Positions 1-9,536 of a stretch of 64,000 bases of DNA are shown here, piece by piece. Within the stretch, counting starts at the first letter, position 1. Each line of letters begins with the position of its first letter. Both the position numbers and the translations under genes were made by a program. Source of the stretch: Bacillota bacterium (lineage in GTDB: Bacteria; Bacillota_I; Bacilli_A; RFN20; CAG-826); the NCBI GenBank assembly GCA_030537155.1, contig JAUNOH010000005.1, forward strand, positions 22,282-86,281. The letters run 5' to 3'. Under the pieces are notes generated by a model. The model made no database searches. It saw only the letters and a program-made list of their open reading frames with translations, and had not been told where the DNA came from.

Positions 1-412
1 CATCGTAGATCGAGGCCTTCTGGAGGGAGTCGATGACGATGCGGTTTAATTCCTCTTTGTTATGGATCCCAAAGCTTTTGGGGGCATAGGCGATGTTGTC
101 GTAGATCGAGGATGGGAAGGGGTTGGGCTTTTGGAAGACCATCCCCACCTCGCGGCGGAGCTCATTGACATCGCACTTCTTCTGGTTTATCTCCTCGCCG
201 AATATCTCGATGCTCCCGTCGACCCGGCATTTCGGGACGAGGTCGTTCATCCTATTCAGGCAGCGGAGGAAAGTCGATTTCCCGCAGCCCGAGGGGCCGA
301 TGAAGGCCGTGATGGCGTTTTGCTTTATCTCCATGTTCACGCCCTTTAAGGCCTCGAACTCCCCATAATGGAGATGGAGGTCCTTAACGGAGATGGCGAT
401 TTTATCTTCCAT
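1..412 (-). CDS. pstB: phosphate ABC transporter ATP-binding protein PstB (N-terminal ~137 aa; 3' end runs off the window)
   Basis: Manual reverse translation from the ATG at 412..410 gives MEDKIAISVKDLHLHYGEFEALKGVNMEIKQNAITAFIGPSGCGKSTFLRCLNRMNDL..., with Walker A GPSGCGKST. The start overlaps the pstA stop. It is absent from the ORF track because it is open to the window edge. Confidence 0.9.
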   Translation of the reverse strand, partial: MEDKIAISVKDLHLHYGEFEALKGVNMEIKQNAITAFIGPSGCGKSTFLRCLNRMNDLVPKCRVDGSIEIFGEEINQKKCDVNELRREVGMVFQKPNPFPSSIYDNIAYAPKSFGIHNKEELNRIVIDSLQKASIYD

Positions 413-1253
413 AGTTTCCTTTCTTCCTCGCGAATAGATAGGAGCTGAGATAAGCCAATCCATTCAAAATAAGGACGAGGATTATCAAGACCAGCGAGGT
501 GGCGGAGGCCTCCTCGGTATAGCCCATGTAGGAGAAATAATAGATATCGAGGGCGAGAGAGGTGCCGGCACTCATAAGCGAGGTCGGGACGAGGTTGACG
601 ACCATGCCAACGGTAAGTAAGAGGACGGCGGATTCGCTGACGACCCTTCCGACGGCGAGAATCAATGAGGTCAATATGCCATCGCTGGCGGCCGGTAAGA
701 CGATCCTAAATATCGTCCTGACCTTTCCAGAGCCAAGGGCGTATGATCCCTCCCTCAAGGAGGTCGGTACCGAGAGGAGGGCCTCCTCGGTGTTACGGAC
801 GATCAGGGGCAAAATCATGATGGCCAATGTCAAGCCGCCACCTAAGAGGGAATAGCCCCAGTTAGTGACGAACAATAGATAGCCGAATAGGCCATAGACG
901 ATGGAGGGGATGCCGGCCAAAGTCTCGATCGAGACCATGATTATCCTAATAGGCAGGGAGTCATTGACCGTGTATTCGGAGAGGAATATGGCGGTGAATA
1001 GCCCGAGGGGGAAGGCGATCAATAAGCTGATTAGAATCAGATATATCGTCCCCAAAAAGGCCGGGAGGATCGAGGGGTGGGCCGAGCTATAGGAGCCAAA
1101 TAGCAACTGGAAGCTGATGCTGCCCCCGCCGCGGACGAAGACGAAGATGATGATGGCCAATAAGGCAATCAGGGAAAGCCCAAGGCTCACGTAGCAGGAG
1201 CCCCTGGCCGCCCCAAAGCCGATCTTCTTAAGCCTCTTATGGATATCAGGCAT
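402..1253 (-). CDS. pstA: phosphate ABC transporter permease PstA
   Basis: ORF 402..1349. The likely start is the internal ATG at 1253 (MPDIHKRLKK...), which overlaps the pstC stop at 1246. It is a multi-TM permease in pstSCAB order. Confidence 0.85.
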   Translation of the reverse strand: MPDIHKRLKKIGFGAARGSCYVSLGLSLIALLAIIIFVFVRGGGSISFQLLFGSYSSAHPSILPAFLGTIYLILISLLIAFPLGLFTAIFLSEYTVNDSLPIRIIMVSIETLAGIPSIVYGLFGYLLFVTNWGYSLLGGGLTLAIMILPLIVRNTEEALLSVPTSLREGSYALGSGKVRTIFRIVLPAASDGILTSLILAVGRVVSESAVLLLTVGMVVNLVPTSLMSAGTSLALDIYYFSYMGYTEEASATSLVLIILVLILNGLAYLSSYLFARKKGNYGR

Positions 1254-2133
1254 GGCGGCTCCTCCCCTTGATGAGGGCAAAGCCCACGTTGATGAGTAGC
1301 GAAAAGAAGAACAAGACCAAGCCGGTGGCCAGCAAGACGTCGAAGGCATCGCCCGTCGACTCCAAGGCCCCCATGGCGATGTTCGCGGTCAAAGTCCTGA
1401 CCGATTGGAATAGGGAGGTCGGGAAGCTAGCCGAGCCGCCGATGACCATGATGACGGCCATCGTCTCGCCCAAGGCCCTACCAGAGGATAAGACCATGGC
1501 GGCGATGATCCCGCTTTTAGAGGCGGGGAGCACAACTTTGAATACGGCCTCGGTCGAGGAGGAACCAAGGGCCAAAGCCCCTTCGTAATAAGTCTTATCG
1601 ACCGCGTTTAAAGAATCCAGGCTGACGGAGACCATGGTCGGGAGGATCATCACGCCCAGGACGATGGAGGCGGATAAAATCCCGTATCCGATGCCACTCG
1701 GGGAGATATATTCCCGCATGAAGGGGACGATGATGATCAGCCCGAACAGGCCGAAGATGACCGAGGGGATCGCGGATAATAAGTCGATCAAAGCCTTGAT
1801 GGGCCGGATGAGGGGATGCGGCAGGAAGCGGAATAAACAGATGGCCGTCAATAATCCAAGCCCACATCCGATAACCATCGAGAGGAGGGTCACGTAGATG
1901 CTGGTGAGGATCATTGAGAGGATGCCATAGCTCGGGGCGCTCGCCAAAGGCGCATAGCTCGTCCCAAATAAGAACTCAAACACCCCCACTTTCGCGATGA
2001 AGGGGGTGGCGGAGACCAGAAGGTAGACGAAGATGGCTAGTAGGAAAAGGAGGGAGCAAAACGCGCAAAAGAGGAAGAGGCCTTTGAAGCCCCCCTCTTT
2101 TATATCGCTTAGCCTTTTTGCCTTACTCGGCAT
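1246..2133 (-). CDS. pstC: phosphate ABC transporter permease PstC
   Basis: 295-aa polytopic membrane ORF lying between pstS and pstA. It overlaps both neighbours. Confidence 0.85.
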   Translation of the reverse strand: MPSKAKRLSDIKEGGFKGLFLFCAFCSLLFLLAIFVYLLVSATPFIAKVGVFEFLFGTSYAPLASAPSYGILSMILTSIYVTLLSMVIGCGLGLLTAICLFRFLPHPLIRPIKALIDLLSAIPSVIFGLFGLIIIVPFMREYISPSGIGYGILSASIVLGVMILPTMVSVSLDSLNAVDKTYYEGALALGSSSTEAVFKVVLPASKSGIIAAMVLSSGRALGETMAVIMVIGGSASFPTSLFQSVRTLTANIAMGALESTGDAFDVLLATGLVLFFFSLLINVGFALIKGRSRHA

Positions 2134-3031
2134 CGATGAGCTGGCTCCAGCTGGTGATCGGTGATTCGGCCTCGGAGTTGTAGATGGTCGAGAGGTCGGA
2201 GAAGGAGATGTCGTTTAAGGGGTTCTTGAGGTTGACGATGGCGGCGATGCCGTCTTTGGCAACCGTGTAGTAGCTGAGGGTGTTACTGACTTTGCTCGAA
2301 TCGTATTCCTCGGAGATCATGCCGAAGATGGAGACGTCGCCGTCGGCATTCTTATAGCCGGTGCCGCTTCCGCCGCCGGAAACCTCAACGGTGACGTTGG
2401 GCTGGACGGCCATGAAGGCGCTGGCGATGGTGGTCATCAAAGGCTGGAGGGAGGTTGAGCCGGAGATGGCGATGCTGCCGGAGAGGGAGCTATCGGCCAC
2501 ATAGGAGGTGGCGCCATCGAGGATGGAGACGTAGCCGGAATCGGAGATCATCTTCTGGGCTTCGGAGCTCTTGAGGTAGTTAAGATAGGCGGTGTAAAGG
2601 GTGGAGCCGGAGATGGTGGCTTCCTTGTAGATGACGTTTAGGGGACGGGAGATGGTATAGGCCCCGGAGGCGATGTTCTCGGTGGTGGCCTCAACTCCGT
2701 CGACGGTCAAGATTTTGACGGCGTCGGTGACGTAGCCGAGTGAATCATAGGCGATGGCGTAGCTATTGCCGGAGACTTCCTCCAAGACGGCGGAGGTCGA
2801 GGTCTGGGTGACGCAGCCATCGACGTCGGCCTTGCCCTTTAGGCCAAGGATCTCCATGAAGGCGCTCTTGGTGCCGGAGCCATCCTCCCTGGTGACGACG
2901 GTGATGGATTTGCTCGAATCGAAGCTTCCGCCATTGCAGCTGGCTAGGGCGACGGCGCCTAATCCCAACATGATGGCGGCGATTCCGCCAAGTCCCATTA
3001 ACTTTTTCTTTTCGACGACTTTGGAGTTCAT
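2123..3031 (-). CDS. pstS: phosphate-binding lipoprotein PstS
   Basis: Lipobox LASC after an N-terminal hydrophobic segment. The substrate-binding-protein-like sequence (VVTREDGSGT, SGGGSGTGY) is the first gene of the pst operon. Confidence 0.85.
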   Translation of the reverse strand: MNSKVVEKKKLMGLGGIAAIMLGLGAVALASCNGGSFDSSKSITVVTREDGSGTKSAFMEILGLKGKADVDGCVTQTSTSAVLEEVSGNSYAIAYDSLGYVTDAVKILTVDGVEATTENIASGAYTISRPLNVIYKEATISGSTLYTAYLNYLKSSEAQKMISDSGYVSILDGATSYVADSSLSGSIAISGSTSLQPLMTTIASAFMAVQPNVTVEVSGGGSGTGYKNADGDVSIFGMISEEYDSSKVSNTLSYYTVAKDGIAAIVNLKNPLNDISFSDLSTIYNSEAESPITSWSQLIDAE

Positions 3032-3105
3032 ACTTTTTCCTTTTTTTGATTTTTATTTCGCCAATCAGTGTGCCGTAAATCGCCATTCCCCTCCCCCAAA
3101 GTCGG

Positions 3106-3133
3106 GTTAAGGGATCGTTAAGAAATCGTTAAG
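3106..3133 (-). promoter_or_regulatory. three Pho-box-like direct repeats (CTTAAC on the minus strand, 11-bp period) upstream of pstS
   Basis: GTTAAG occurs at 3106, 3117 and 3128 on the plus strand. This equals TTAAC(G/C) hexamers with 5-bp spacers on the pstS strand, 75-100 bp upstream of the pstS ATG. It resembles the Bacillus PhoP TT(A/T/C)ACA-N5 repeat architecture. Confidence 0.55.
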
Positions 3134-3205
3134 GCTTGGTGGGCAATAACAAAAAAACGACGGTTTTCAGATTCGCCTCTTTGGATAATTTCCGATCGGG
3201 AAAAA

Positions 3206-3294
3206 TGTGTCTAAACACAAAAGATTCGAATGTTTTATTGATTATTCATGGCCTTCTATCGATAATATAGTCGAGAAATATGTGTCTAGACACA
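3206..3294. promoter_or_regulatory. pair of 14-bp palindromic operator-like sites upstream of the AAA ATPase gene
   Basis: TGTGTCTAAACACA at 3206-3219 and the perfect palindrome TGTGTCTAGACACA at 3281-3294, both preceded by GAAA(A)A. Their centres are 75 bp apart. Confidence 0.5.
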
Positions 3295-3308
3295 ATTTGG
3301 ATGGAAGA

Positions 3309-4631
3309 ATGAATCGAACAATCGAAAGACCCAAATATCTGAAAAAGCTCGTCTCCCTCATGGACAATGGCCGAGTCAAAATCGTAACAGGGGCGAGACG
3401 TTCGGGAAAAAGCTACCTCCTTAAGGAACTTTTCAAAAAAGAATTGCTCGCCATGGGGGTCCCGGCCGACCATTTCATCTACCTATCCTTTGAGGGAAAC
3501 GATAACAACGACCTCAAAAACCCGCTGGAGCTTGAAGCCCACATAAGGGGGCTGGTGAAAAACGATGGTAAGTACTATCTGATAATCGACGAGGCCCAAA
3601 ACATCTTTTCCATCACCAATCCATTATTTACCGGAGGAAAAATACTCCTTGCCAAAAAAGGAGATGAAAACGCCATAACCTACGTAGGCGTCGTCCTTTC
3701 GCTGGCGAAGATAGAAAACCTCGACGTCTACATAAGCGGGAGCAATTCCCGCTTCCTATCCCGGGACATCGTGACCGATTTCCGCGATCGGGGCGACGAA
3801 ATCAACGTTAAACCTCTCTCTTTTTCGGAATTCGTTTCATTTAAAAACGAAAATCCCGAAACCCTATATGAAGAATACTCGCTTTATGGGGGGATGCCAT
3901 TGACGCTCAGCTATGCGGAAAACAGGGAGAAAGAAAATTATCTGAATAACCTTTATCTGCTGACTTACGCCAAAGATCTCGTCGAGCGAAACAAAATCAA
4001 AGACGATGAGACGATCAACGTCCTGGCCAAGATTCTATCTAGTTCGCTCGGTTCTCTCGTCAACGGGGAAAAAATCTCCAACACCTTCGTTTCGAACAAA
4101 TTAAAAATTTCCGGCGAAACCGTAAATAAATACCTTGGCTTCCTAACCGAGGCCTATCTCATCGCGAAGGTTGATCGCTATGACATCAGAGGCCGAAAAA
4201 ATATCGGGGCCCTCTACAAATACTATTTCACCGACCTCGGAATCAGGAATTCGCTTCTCCACTTCCTTTCCCGCGATTTCGGCCACATCATGGAGAACAT
4301 CATATATAACGAGCTCGTCTACCGCGGTTATTCTGTTGAAATCGGGGTTATCAATGCCTTCAAAAAGGAAAACGGGACGACTAAGAGGGAAAACTATGAG
4401 ACGGATTTCCTCGTTAGGAAGGGGAGCCTCACATATTACATACAATCATGCTATTCGCTGAACGATGAGCAAACTTATGAAAGGGAAACCAGGCCATTCC
4501 GCCTCATTGATGATTCCTTCAAAAAAATCATCGTGACCCGGCTTGGTGGGCCCATAAGGCACGACGAGCACGGAATCACCCAAATGGGGATAGTCGATTT
4601 CCTATTGCGGGAAGATTCGCTGGATCTTTAA
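3309..4631 (+). CDS. AAA+ ATPase of the DUF4143-containing family
   Basis: ORF 3207..4631 opens with GTG. The ATG at 3309 gives the family-typical N-terminus MNRTIERPKYLKKLVSLMDNGRVKIVTGARRSGKSYLL (Walker A) and LIIDEAQ (Walker B). Confidence 0.75.
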   Translation: MNRTIERPKYLKKLVSLMDNGRVKIVTGARRSGKSYLLKELFKKELLAMGVPADHFIYLSFEGNDNNDLKNPLELEAHIRGLVKNDGKYYLIIDEAQNIFSITNPLFTGGKILLAKKGDENAITYVGVVLSLAKIENLDVYISGSNSRFLSRDIVTDFRDRGDEINVKPLSFSEFVSFKNENPETLYEEYSLYGGMPLTLSYAENREKENYLNNLYLLTYAKDLVERNKIKDDETINVLAKILSSSLGSLVNGEKISNTFVSNKLKISGETVNKYLGFLTEAYLIAKVDRYDIRGRKNIGALYKYYFTDLGIRNSLLHFLSRDFGHIMENIIYNELVYRGYSVEIGVINAFKKENGTTKRENYETDFLVRKGSLTYYIQSCYSLNDEQTYERETRPFRLIDDSFKKIIVTRLGGPIRHDEHGITQMGIVDFLLREDSLDL

Positions 4632-4670
4632 AAACCCCGCACGTTGTTTTTTTAAGAACCGAACCAGCAA

Positions 4671-4704
4671 AAAGGCCATCCGGAATTACCCCCGAATGGC
4701 CTTT
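4671..4704. terminator. bidirectional hairpin between convergent genes
   Basis: AAAGGCCATCCGG / CCGAATGGCCTTT arms (one mismatch) with flanking A and T runs. It lies between the stop codons at 4631 (+) and 4725 (-). Confidence 0.6.
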
Positions 4705-4724
4705 ATTCAATTTATGGGTTGAGC

Positions 4725-6536
4725 CTACTTATAGTATTTGGCCTGCTCGTCGAACATCTTCTTGTAGAGGCCCTCTTGCTGGGATAGCTCCCTATGGCTC
4801 CCCCGCTGCACCAATTTGCCTTTATCCAGGACGATGATGTCGTCGCAGAATTTGGTCGAGGACATGCGGTGGGAGATGAAGAGGGATGTCTTCTCCTCCA
4901 CCAAAGAGGCGATCGAGTCATACACCTCCAGCTCGCTTTTGGGGTCGAGGGCCGAGGTCGGCTCATCCAATAGGATGAAGGGCGAATCCTTATAAAGGGC
5001 CCTGGCGATGGCTATCTTCTGGCGTTCGCCGCCCGAATAATCCTTCCCCTCATCGGATTTGGCCAAGACGATGGTGTCTAATCCCTCCGGGCATTTTTGG
5101 AGCGAGGCGGCGTCAAAGCCAGCCAAATCGAGGCAGGATAATACCTTTTCCTTCGAATATTCGGAGGAACAGGCCACGTTATCCCCCACCGAGATCGGGA
5201 AGAGGGTGAAATCCTGGAACAAGATGGCCAATAAGGCGTTGTACGCCTTCTTATCGAGGGTCTGGATATCGACGCCATTGAGGGTGATCTTGCCGGAGGT
5301 TGGGGTATAGAAACGGGAGACCAATTTGATGATGGTGGATTTTCCAGCCCCGTTGGGACCGACGATGGCCGTCTTCTTATGGGGTGTGATGGTGAAGCTC
5401 AGGTCATTGAGCGCATAATCGTCGACCCCGGGGTATTTGAAGCTCACGTGCTCGAAGGCGATGACGGGCTCCCCTTCCGGGAGGGGGTCGCCGGATAGGT
5501 TATCATCGGGCAGCGAGAGGAAATCGAAGAAATAGCCGAGGTAATACGACATCAACCGGCTCCTATTGATGACGGAGATGCCTTTGGAGAGGGCGGAGGC
5601 GAAACTCGAGATGGCCCCGACCAGGGTGATGATGGAGCCGACCGAGACGATGCCATAGTAGGCCTTGGCCCCGATATAGAAATAGCTATAGGCCAAAACC
5701 AGGGCCACGGGGATGAAGTAGCCGATCTGGATGCCGGCGAAGGTGATGGAGGTGCGGTTATATTGCCTGACGTCCCTTTCGGAATATTCCTGATAGAGGT
5801 CATCGAGGGGGCCGTCTAGCCCATAGACCCTGATATCCTTGGCCAGGGCCGAATCGGAGGAATAATCGAGCATATAGCCGAATTGGCGGTTGCTCTCCAC
5901 ATTCTCCTCGAAGAAGCGCCGGCTGGCCTTATTGGCCCATTGCCCGATGAGGTAGGTGGCCAATAACATCAATCCCACCGCCCCGAAGATCGTCAGGGCC
6001 GAGAAGGGGCTATTTAAGAAAAGGAAGAGGGGCTCGGATATATCCGACTCGATCGAGACGAAGCAGGCCGATAATAGGATCAAGGAATAGACGAGGCTCG
6101 TGATGGCGCTTAAAAGGCCGCCCAGCACATCCTCGACGAAGGAGGGTATCCCGCCCGAGCCATTGGCCCCGTCGACGGCCTTCTCCAGCATGTCGCGGGT
6201 CTCCTTCTTCTCGAATAGCTCGTAGGGCAAAGAGAAGGATTTATTGACCAACTCGAGGTCGAGCTTGTATTCGAGGAGGTTGCGTTGGATGCCATAGAAA
6301 TGGTTGGTGACCAAGACGATGAGGGCCAGGGCCAAGTCGATGGAGGCCAATAAAACGATGCTCGGGATTATGGCCTCAAAGGAGGAGCCAGAGAGCAGTG
6401 AGTCGAGGATATCGCCCATGAAGTAGAGGCTGACGAATGGGAGGCTGGCGCTGGCTAAGGACTTGATGAAGACGAGGGGGAGGATCGACTTCGAGAGGAA
6501 AAAGGTGAAGCGGATCAGCTTGATGAAGCCTTTCAT
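4725..6536 (-). CDS. ABC exporter, fused permease/ATPase (heterodimer partner 2)
   Basis: N-terminal 6-TM region, then GPNGAGKST (Walker A), YSGGERQKIAIARAL (signature) and ILLDEPTSALD (Walker B). The start overlaps the upstream stop as ATGA. Confidence 0.9.
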   Translation of the reverse strand: MKGFIKLIRFTFFLSKSILPLVFIKSLASASLPFVSLYFMGDILDSLLSGSSFEAIIPSIVLLASIDLALALIVLVTNHFYGIQRNLLEYKLDLELVNKSFSLPYELFEKKETRDMLEKAVDGANGSGGIPSFVEDVLGGLLSAITSLVYSLILLSACFVSIESDISEPLFLFLNSPFSALTIFGAVGLMLLATYLIGQWANKASRRFFEENVESNRQFGYMLDYSSDSALAKDIRVYGLDGPLDDLYQEYSERDVRQYNRTSITFAGIQIGYFIPVALVLAYSYFYIGAKAYYGIVSVGSIITLVGAISSFASALSKGISVINRSRLMSYYLGYFFDFLSLPDDNLSGDPLPEGEPVIAFEHVSFKYPGVDDYALNDLSFTITPHKKTAIVGPNGAGKSTIIKLVSRFYTPTSGKITLNGVDIQTLDKKAYNALLAILFQDFTLFPISVGDNVACSSEYSKEKVLSCLDLAGFDAASLQKCPEGLDTIVLAKSDEGKDYSGGERQKIAIARALYKDSPFILLDEPTSALDPKSELEVYDSIASLVEEKTSLFISHRMSSTKFCDDIIVLDKGKLVQRGSHRELSQQEGLYKKMFDEQAKYYK

Positions 6537-8350
6537 AAAGCGGCACCCCCTTCCATCTCATCGCGGTAATAATGGGCTTGGATCTCGAACATCTTCGCGT
6601 ATTCCCCGCCCTTTTCCATCAACTGCTCATGGGTGCCCTGCTCGGCGATTTGCCCGTTTTCGAGGTAAAGGATGCTGTCGCAGAAGCGGGTCGAGGAAAG
6701 CCGGTGCGAGATGAAGATGGAGCTCTTCCCCTCGCATAGCTCGCCATATTTGGCGTATAGCCTCCCCTCGGCTAAGGGATCGAGGGCCGAGGTCGGCTCA
6801 TCCAGCATCAGTATCGGGCTATCGCGGTATAAGGCCCTCGAGAGCATCAATAGCTGGGTCTGGCCGCCGGAAAGCTCAATGCCATCGTGGTCGAGATGCT
6901 TGGTCAAAGGGGTCTTCTCCTTCTTGGGGAGGGAATCGACTTTCTCCAATAACCCGGCCTTTTTCAGGGCGGCGATGACCCTTTCATCGTCCGGGGTTCG
7001 GCTGCAGGAGACGAACTGGTCGATGGGGAAGGCGATGAGGGAAACCTCCTGATTGACGATGGATAATAGCTTCCTATATTCGTCCACGTCATATTCCTGG
7101 ATATCCCTGCCGTTGAGGGTGATGCGGCCGGAGGTCGGCTTATAGAAGAGGCAGAGCAATTTGATGATGGTCGTCTTGCCGGCCCCATTCTCCCCTACTA
7201 AGGCAACCTTCTCCCCGGGGTGGATGGTGAAGCTAAGATGGGAAAGGGTCGGTTTATCGAAGCCCGGATAGGTGAAGCTGACGTCCTCAAAGGCTATCTC
7301 GACGTCTTTTTTGATGTCCGCGGTGGATAAGCCGACGCCGTGGTTGAACTTTGAGGGGAGCTCGAGGAAATCGATGAGCTTGACCGTGTCTTTGGAGGCC
7401 TGAAGGAGGTCATTGAAGCTATTGGAGAGGGAATCGATGTAGGTGGAGACGCCATTGAGCACCCCGACCATGGTGGCGAATTCGGCCACCGAGATGTTCC
7501 CCTGCCCCACCTGATAGGCCAATATCCCATAGCCCAATAAATCCTTGGCGAAGCCGAATATCGAGTTGGATAGATTGGGGAGGAAAAGGAACCTCCTCTG
7601 GATCTTGGTGTATTTCTTGAAGAGGTCGAACTGCTTGGCAAAAAGCAAATAGAAATAGCCACCCAAGGAATAGTTACGGACGTCTTTCCCGCGTTCGACG
7701 TCGTTGGATAGCCGGCGGTAGGAGACGACTTTGGACCAGCATTTATCGATGTCGGGGTTGCAGGCGTAATACCACTTGGAGCCGAGGTAGGCCATGATGA
7801 AGTTCCCGATGGCCATGGCCGACAAAAGGAGGATCAGCCAGGGGGAGAGGGCCCCCGAATAGGCCACATAAACCACCAAGCCAAGCAAGGCGATCAAAAA
7901 GGCCGGGACCGATTTTAGCAAGAGCTCCGCCCCGTTCCAATTGCTCCATAGCGACATGACGGCGGCGTCGCGTTGCTGCTTTAGCGCCGTATCATCGAAA
8001 TAGGCGTAGTCGCAGCGCATGCTCTTCATCCCCGACTGGCGGAGGAGCCGCTTTATGCGGACGAAGGTGTTGCTCCATTCACAGATCTGGTAGAGGAATA
8101 ACGAGGCGCAGTTGAGGATGATGTAGGCCCCAAGCAATATAGCCAGGCCGATCCCGTATTTAGCTAAATCCGGCTCATCGGAGAGGTATTTGACGCCAAG
8201 GGAGGGGATGAATAGCAAGGGGATCTGGGAGAGGACGGTGACGATGACGTAAATCGGCATGGCCAAAGTGCGCCATTTGCTGGTGGCCCAACTCTCCCGA
8301 TAGCAATAGGCCATCGAGCGCTTTAATGTCCCGCCCTTCCTCTTTTTCAT
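6533..8350 (-). CDS. ABC exporter, fused permease/ATPase (heterodimer partner 1)
   Basis: GENGAGKTT, LSGGQTQLLMLSRAL and LMLDEPTSALD motifs after a TM domain. Confidence 0.9.
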   Translation of the reverse strand: MKKRKGGTLKRSMAYCYRESWATSKWRTLAMPIYVIVTVLSQIPLLFIPSLGVKYLSDEPDLAKYGIGLAILLGAYIILNCASLFLYQICEWSNTFVRIKRLLRQSGMKSMRCDYAYFDDTALKQQRDAAVMSLWSNWNGAELLLKSVPAFLIALLGLVVYVAYSGALSPWLILLLSAMAIGNFIMAYLGSKWYYACNPDIDKCWSKVVSYRRLSNDVERGKDVRNYSLGGYFYLLFAKQFDLFKKYTKIQRRFLFLPNLSNSIFGFAKDLLGYGILAYQVGQGNISVAEFATMVGVLNGVSTYIDSLSNSFNDLLQASKDTVKLIDFLELPSKFNHGVGLSTADIKKDVEIAFEDVSFTYPGFDKPTLSHLSFTIHPGEKVALVGENGAGKTTIIKLLCLFYKPTSGRITLNGRDIQEYDVDEYRKLLSIVNQEVSLIAFPIDQFVSCSRTPDDERVIAALKKAGLLEKVDSLPKKEKTPLTKHLDHDGIELSGGQTQLLMLSRALYRDSPILMLDEPTSALDPLAEGRLYAKYGELCEGKSSIFISHRLSSTRFCDSILYLENGQIAEQGTHEQLMEKGGEYAKMFEIQAHYYRDEMEGGAAL

Positions 8351-8610
8351 AGAAGTGATTTTACTTTAACACGCGCTTGAATCAACCATGGATGGATCCT
8401 CCTTTTTCCAAATGGTATGGAAAATGGGTGGTTGCACCCACCAACCGGGGCTTACAATCTGTCAACCAGCGGTTGCATGGAGGAAAATCAGGCGGCATGA
8501 AGGCCACTCATCTAGCCGCTGTTTTGATGTTTATAACACGCGTCTTTTGCCTGCTACGCACATATTTTCCCTTTAATAGGCACTGTATTGCCTGCTATAT
8601 AGGGCTCAAT

Positions 8611-8650
8611 GAGTCGAACTTGTCACTCTAGTTTTGGAGTAACAAGTTTA
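8611..8650 (+). repeat. direct repeat copy 1 (34 bp perfect, 40 bp with 2 mismatches), containing a hairpin
   Basis: AACTTGTCACTCTAGTTTTGGAGTAACAAGTTTA at 8617-8650 is identical to 10007-10040. An internal 12-bp imperfect stem is formed by AACTTGTCACTC and GAGTAACAAGTT. Confidence 0.9.
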
Positions 8651-8681
8651 AAAATAGTCGATTCAGCGATATACTAGATGC

Positions 8682-9536
8682 ATGGAAAACCGTTACCGCT
8701 TTGAAAAAGACGTCCATTTAGTCGCCGAATCACTCACTATGCCTCTAGGCAAAATAGCCGAAGGGGCGAAGATTCCGGAGTCCAGCTTTTACGACGCCCT
8801 GAAAAATAATGACCCATCTCGGAACATCTTAGAGGCCTTCTACGGTTTCGCCTATAAAAAAGGGCTCAGGTTAAATAAAGCCAAGGAAGAGATATACGGG
8901 GAGGGCCTGAATAATGGCGAGGTTCTCCTCTTCCACGGATCCAGCAACGGGGTGGATGAAGTGGATCCGAAAGGCTCAAGGAAAAACTGCGACTTCTCCA
9001 ATGGGTTCTATTGTGAGGAAAGCTATTCGTCCGCTTTATGCTTTGTCGAAGGGGACCCCAACTCGAGCGTCTACGCCTTCAAGACGGATTTAGGCGGACT
9101 AAGGGTATTGAGACTGCAAAGCGATTTGGAGTGGATGCTATCCATCTGCTATTACCGCGGATCGCTTGTTAAATACGAAGGCAATAATAAGCTACTGGAT
9201 ATCATAAAGAAGCAGCAAGATTACGATGTCATAATCGCCCCAATCGCCGACAATAAGATGTATCGGGTCATGCAGCAATTCGCCATCGGGCAGATCACCG
9301 ACGTGCAGGCCGTCCATGCCCTCTCAGCCTCCAGGCTAGGCAAACAATACGTTTTCAAAACGGAAAAAGCCGTTTCCTCGTTGAAGGAAATCGAGCGGAT
9401 GTATATCAGCGCCCCGGAGAAAGAAGCCAGCAAGGCAGGTTCGGCGGAACGCGCACATGAAATCCAAACAAAACTCGATTTGGCAAAAAGGGAATATCGG
9501 AGAGAAGGCCGATATATCGACGAGGTGTTTAAATGA
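8682..9536 (+). CDS. DUF3990-like protein with an N-terminal HTH-like region (PARP-like HGS / GFY motifs)
   Basis: The stretch LLFHGSSNGVDEVDPKGSRKNCDFSNGFYCEE matches my recollection of the DUF3990 core (lYHGS...DFGkGFYtT). The first ~65 aa look helical and DNA-binding-like. Confidence 0.6.
   Translation: MENRYRFEKDVHLVAESLTMPLGKIAEGAKIPESSFYDALKNNDPSRNILEAFYGFAYKKGLRLNKAKEEIYGEGLNNGEVLLFHGSSNGVDEVDPKGSRKNCDFSNGFYCEESYSSALCFVEGDPNSSVYAFKTDLGGLRVLRLQSDLEWMLSICYYRGSLVKYEGNNKLLDIIKKQQDYDVIIAPIADNKMYRVMQQFAIGQITDVQAVHALSASRLGKQYVFKTEKAVSSLKEIERMYISAPEKEASKAGSAERAHEIQTKLDLAKREYRREGRYIDEVFK

Noticed and set aside
8377-8631. An 84-aa ORF ending in ESNLSL-stop, the same C-terminus as ORF 9533..10021.
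   Set aside because: The shared ending is only the consequence of direct-repeat copy 1. The rest of the ORF has no RBS, has atypical composition, and lies in the promoter region of the ABC exporter. It is treated as repeat-derived, not as a gene.
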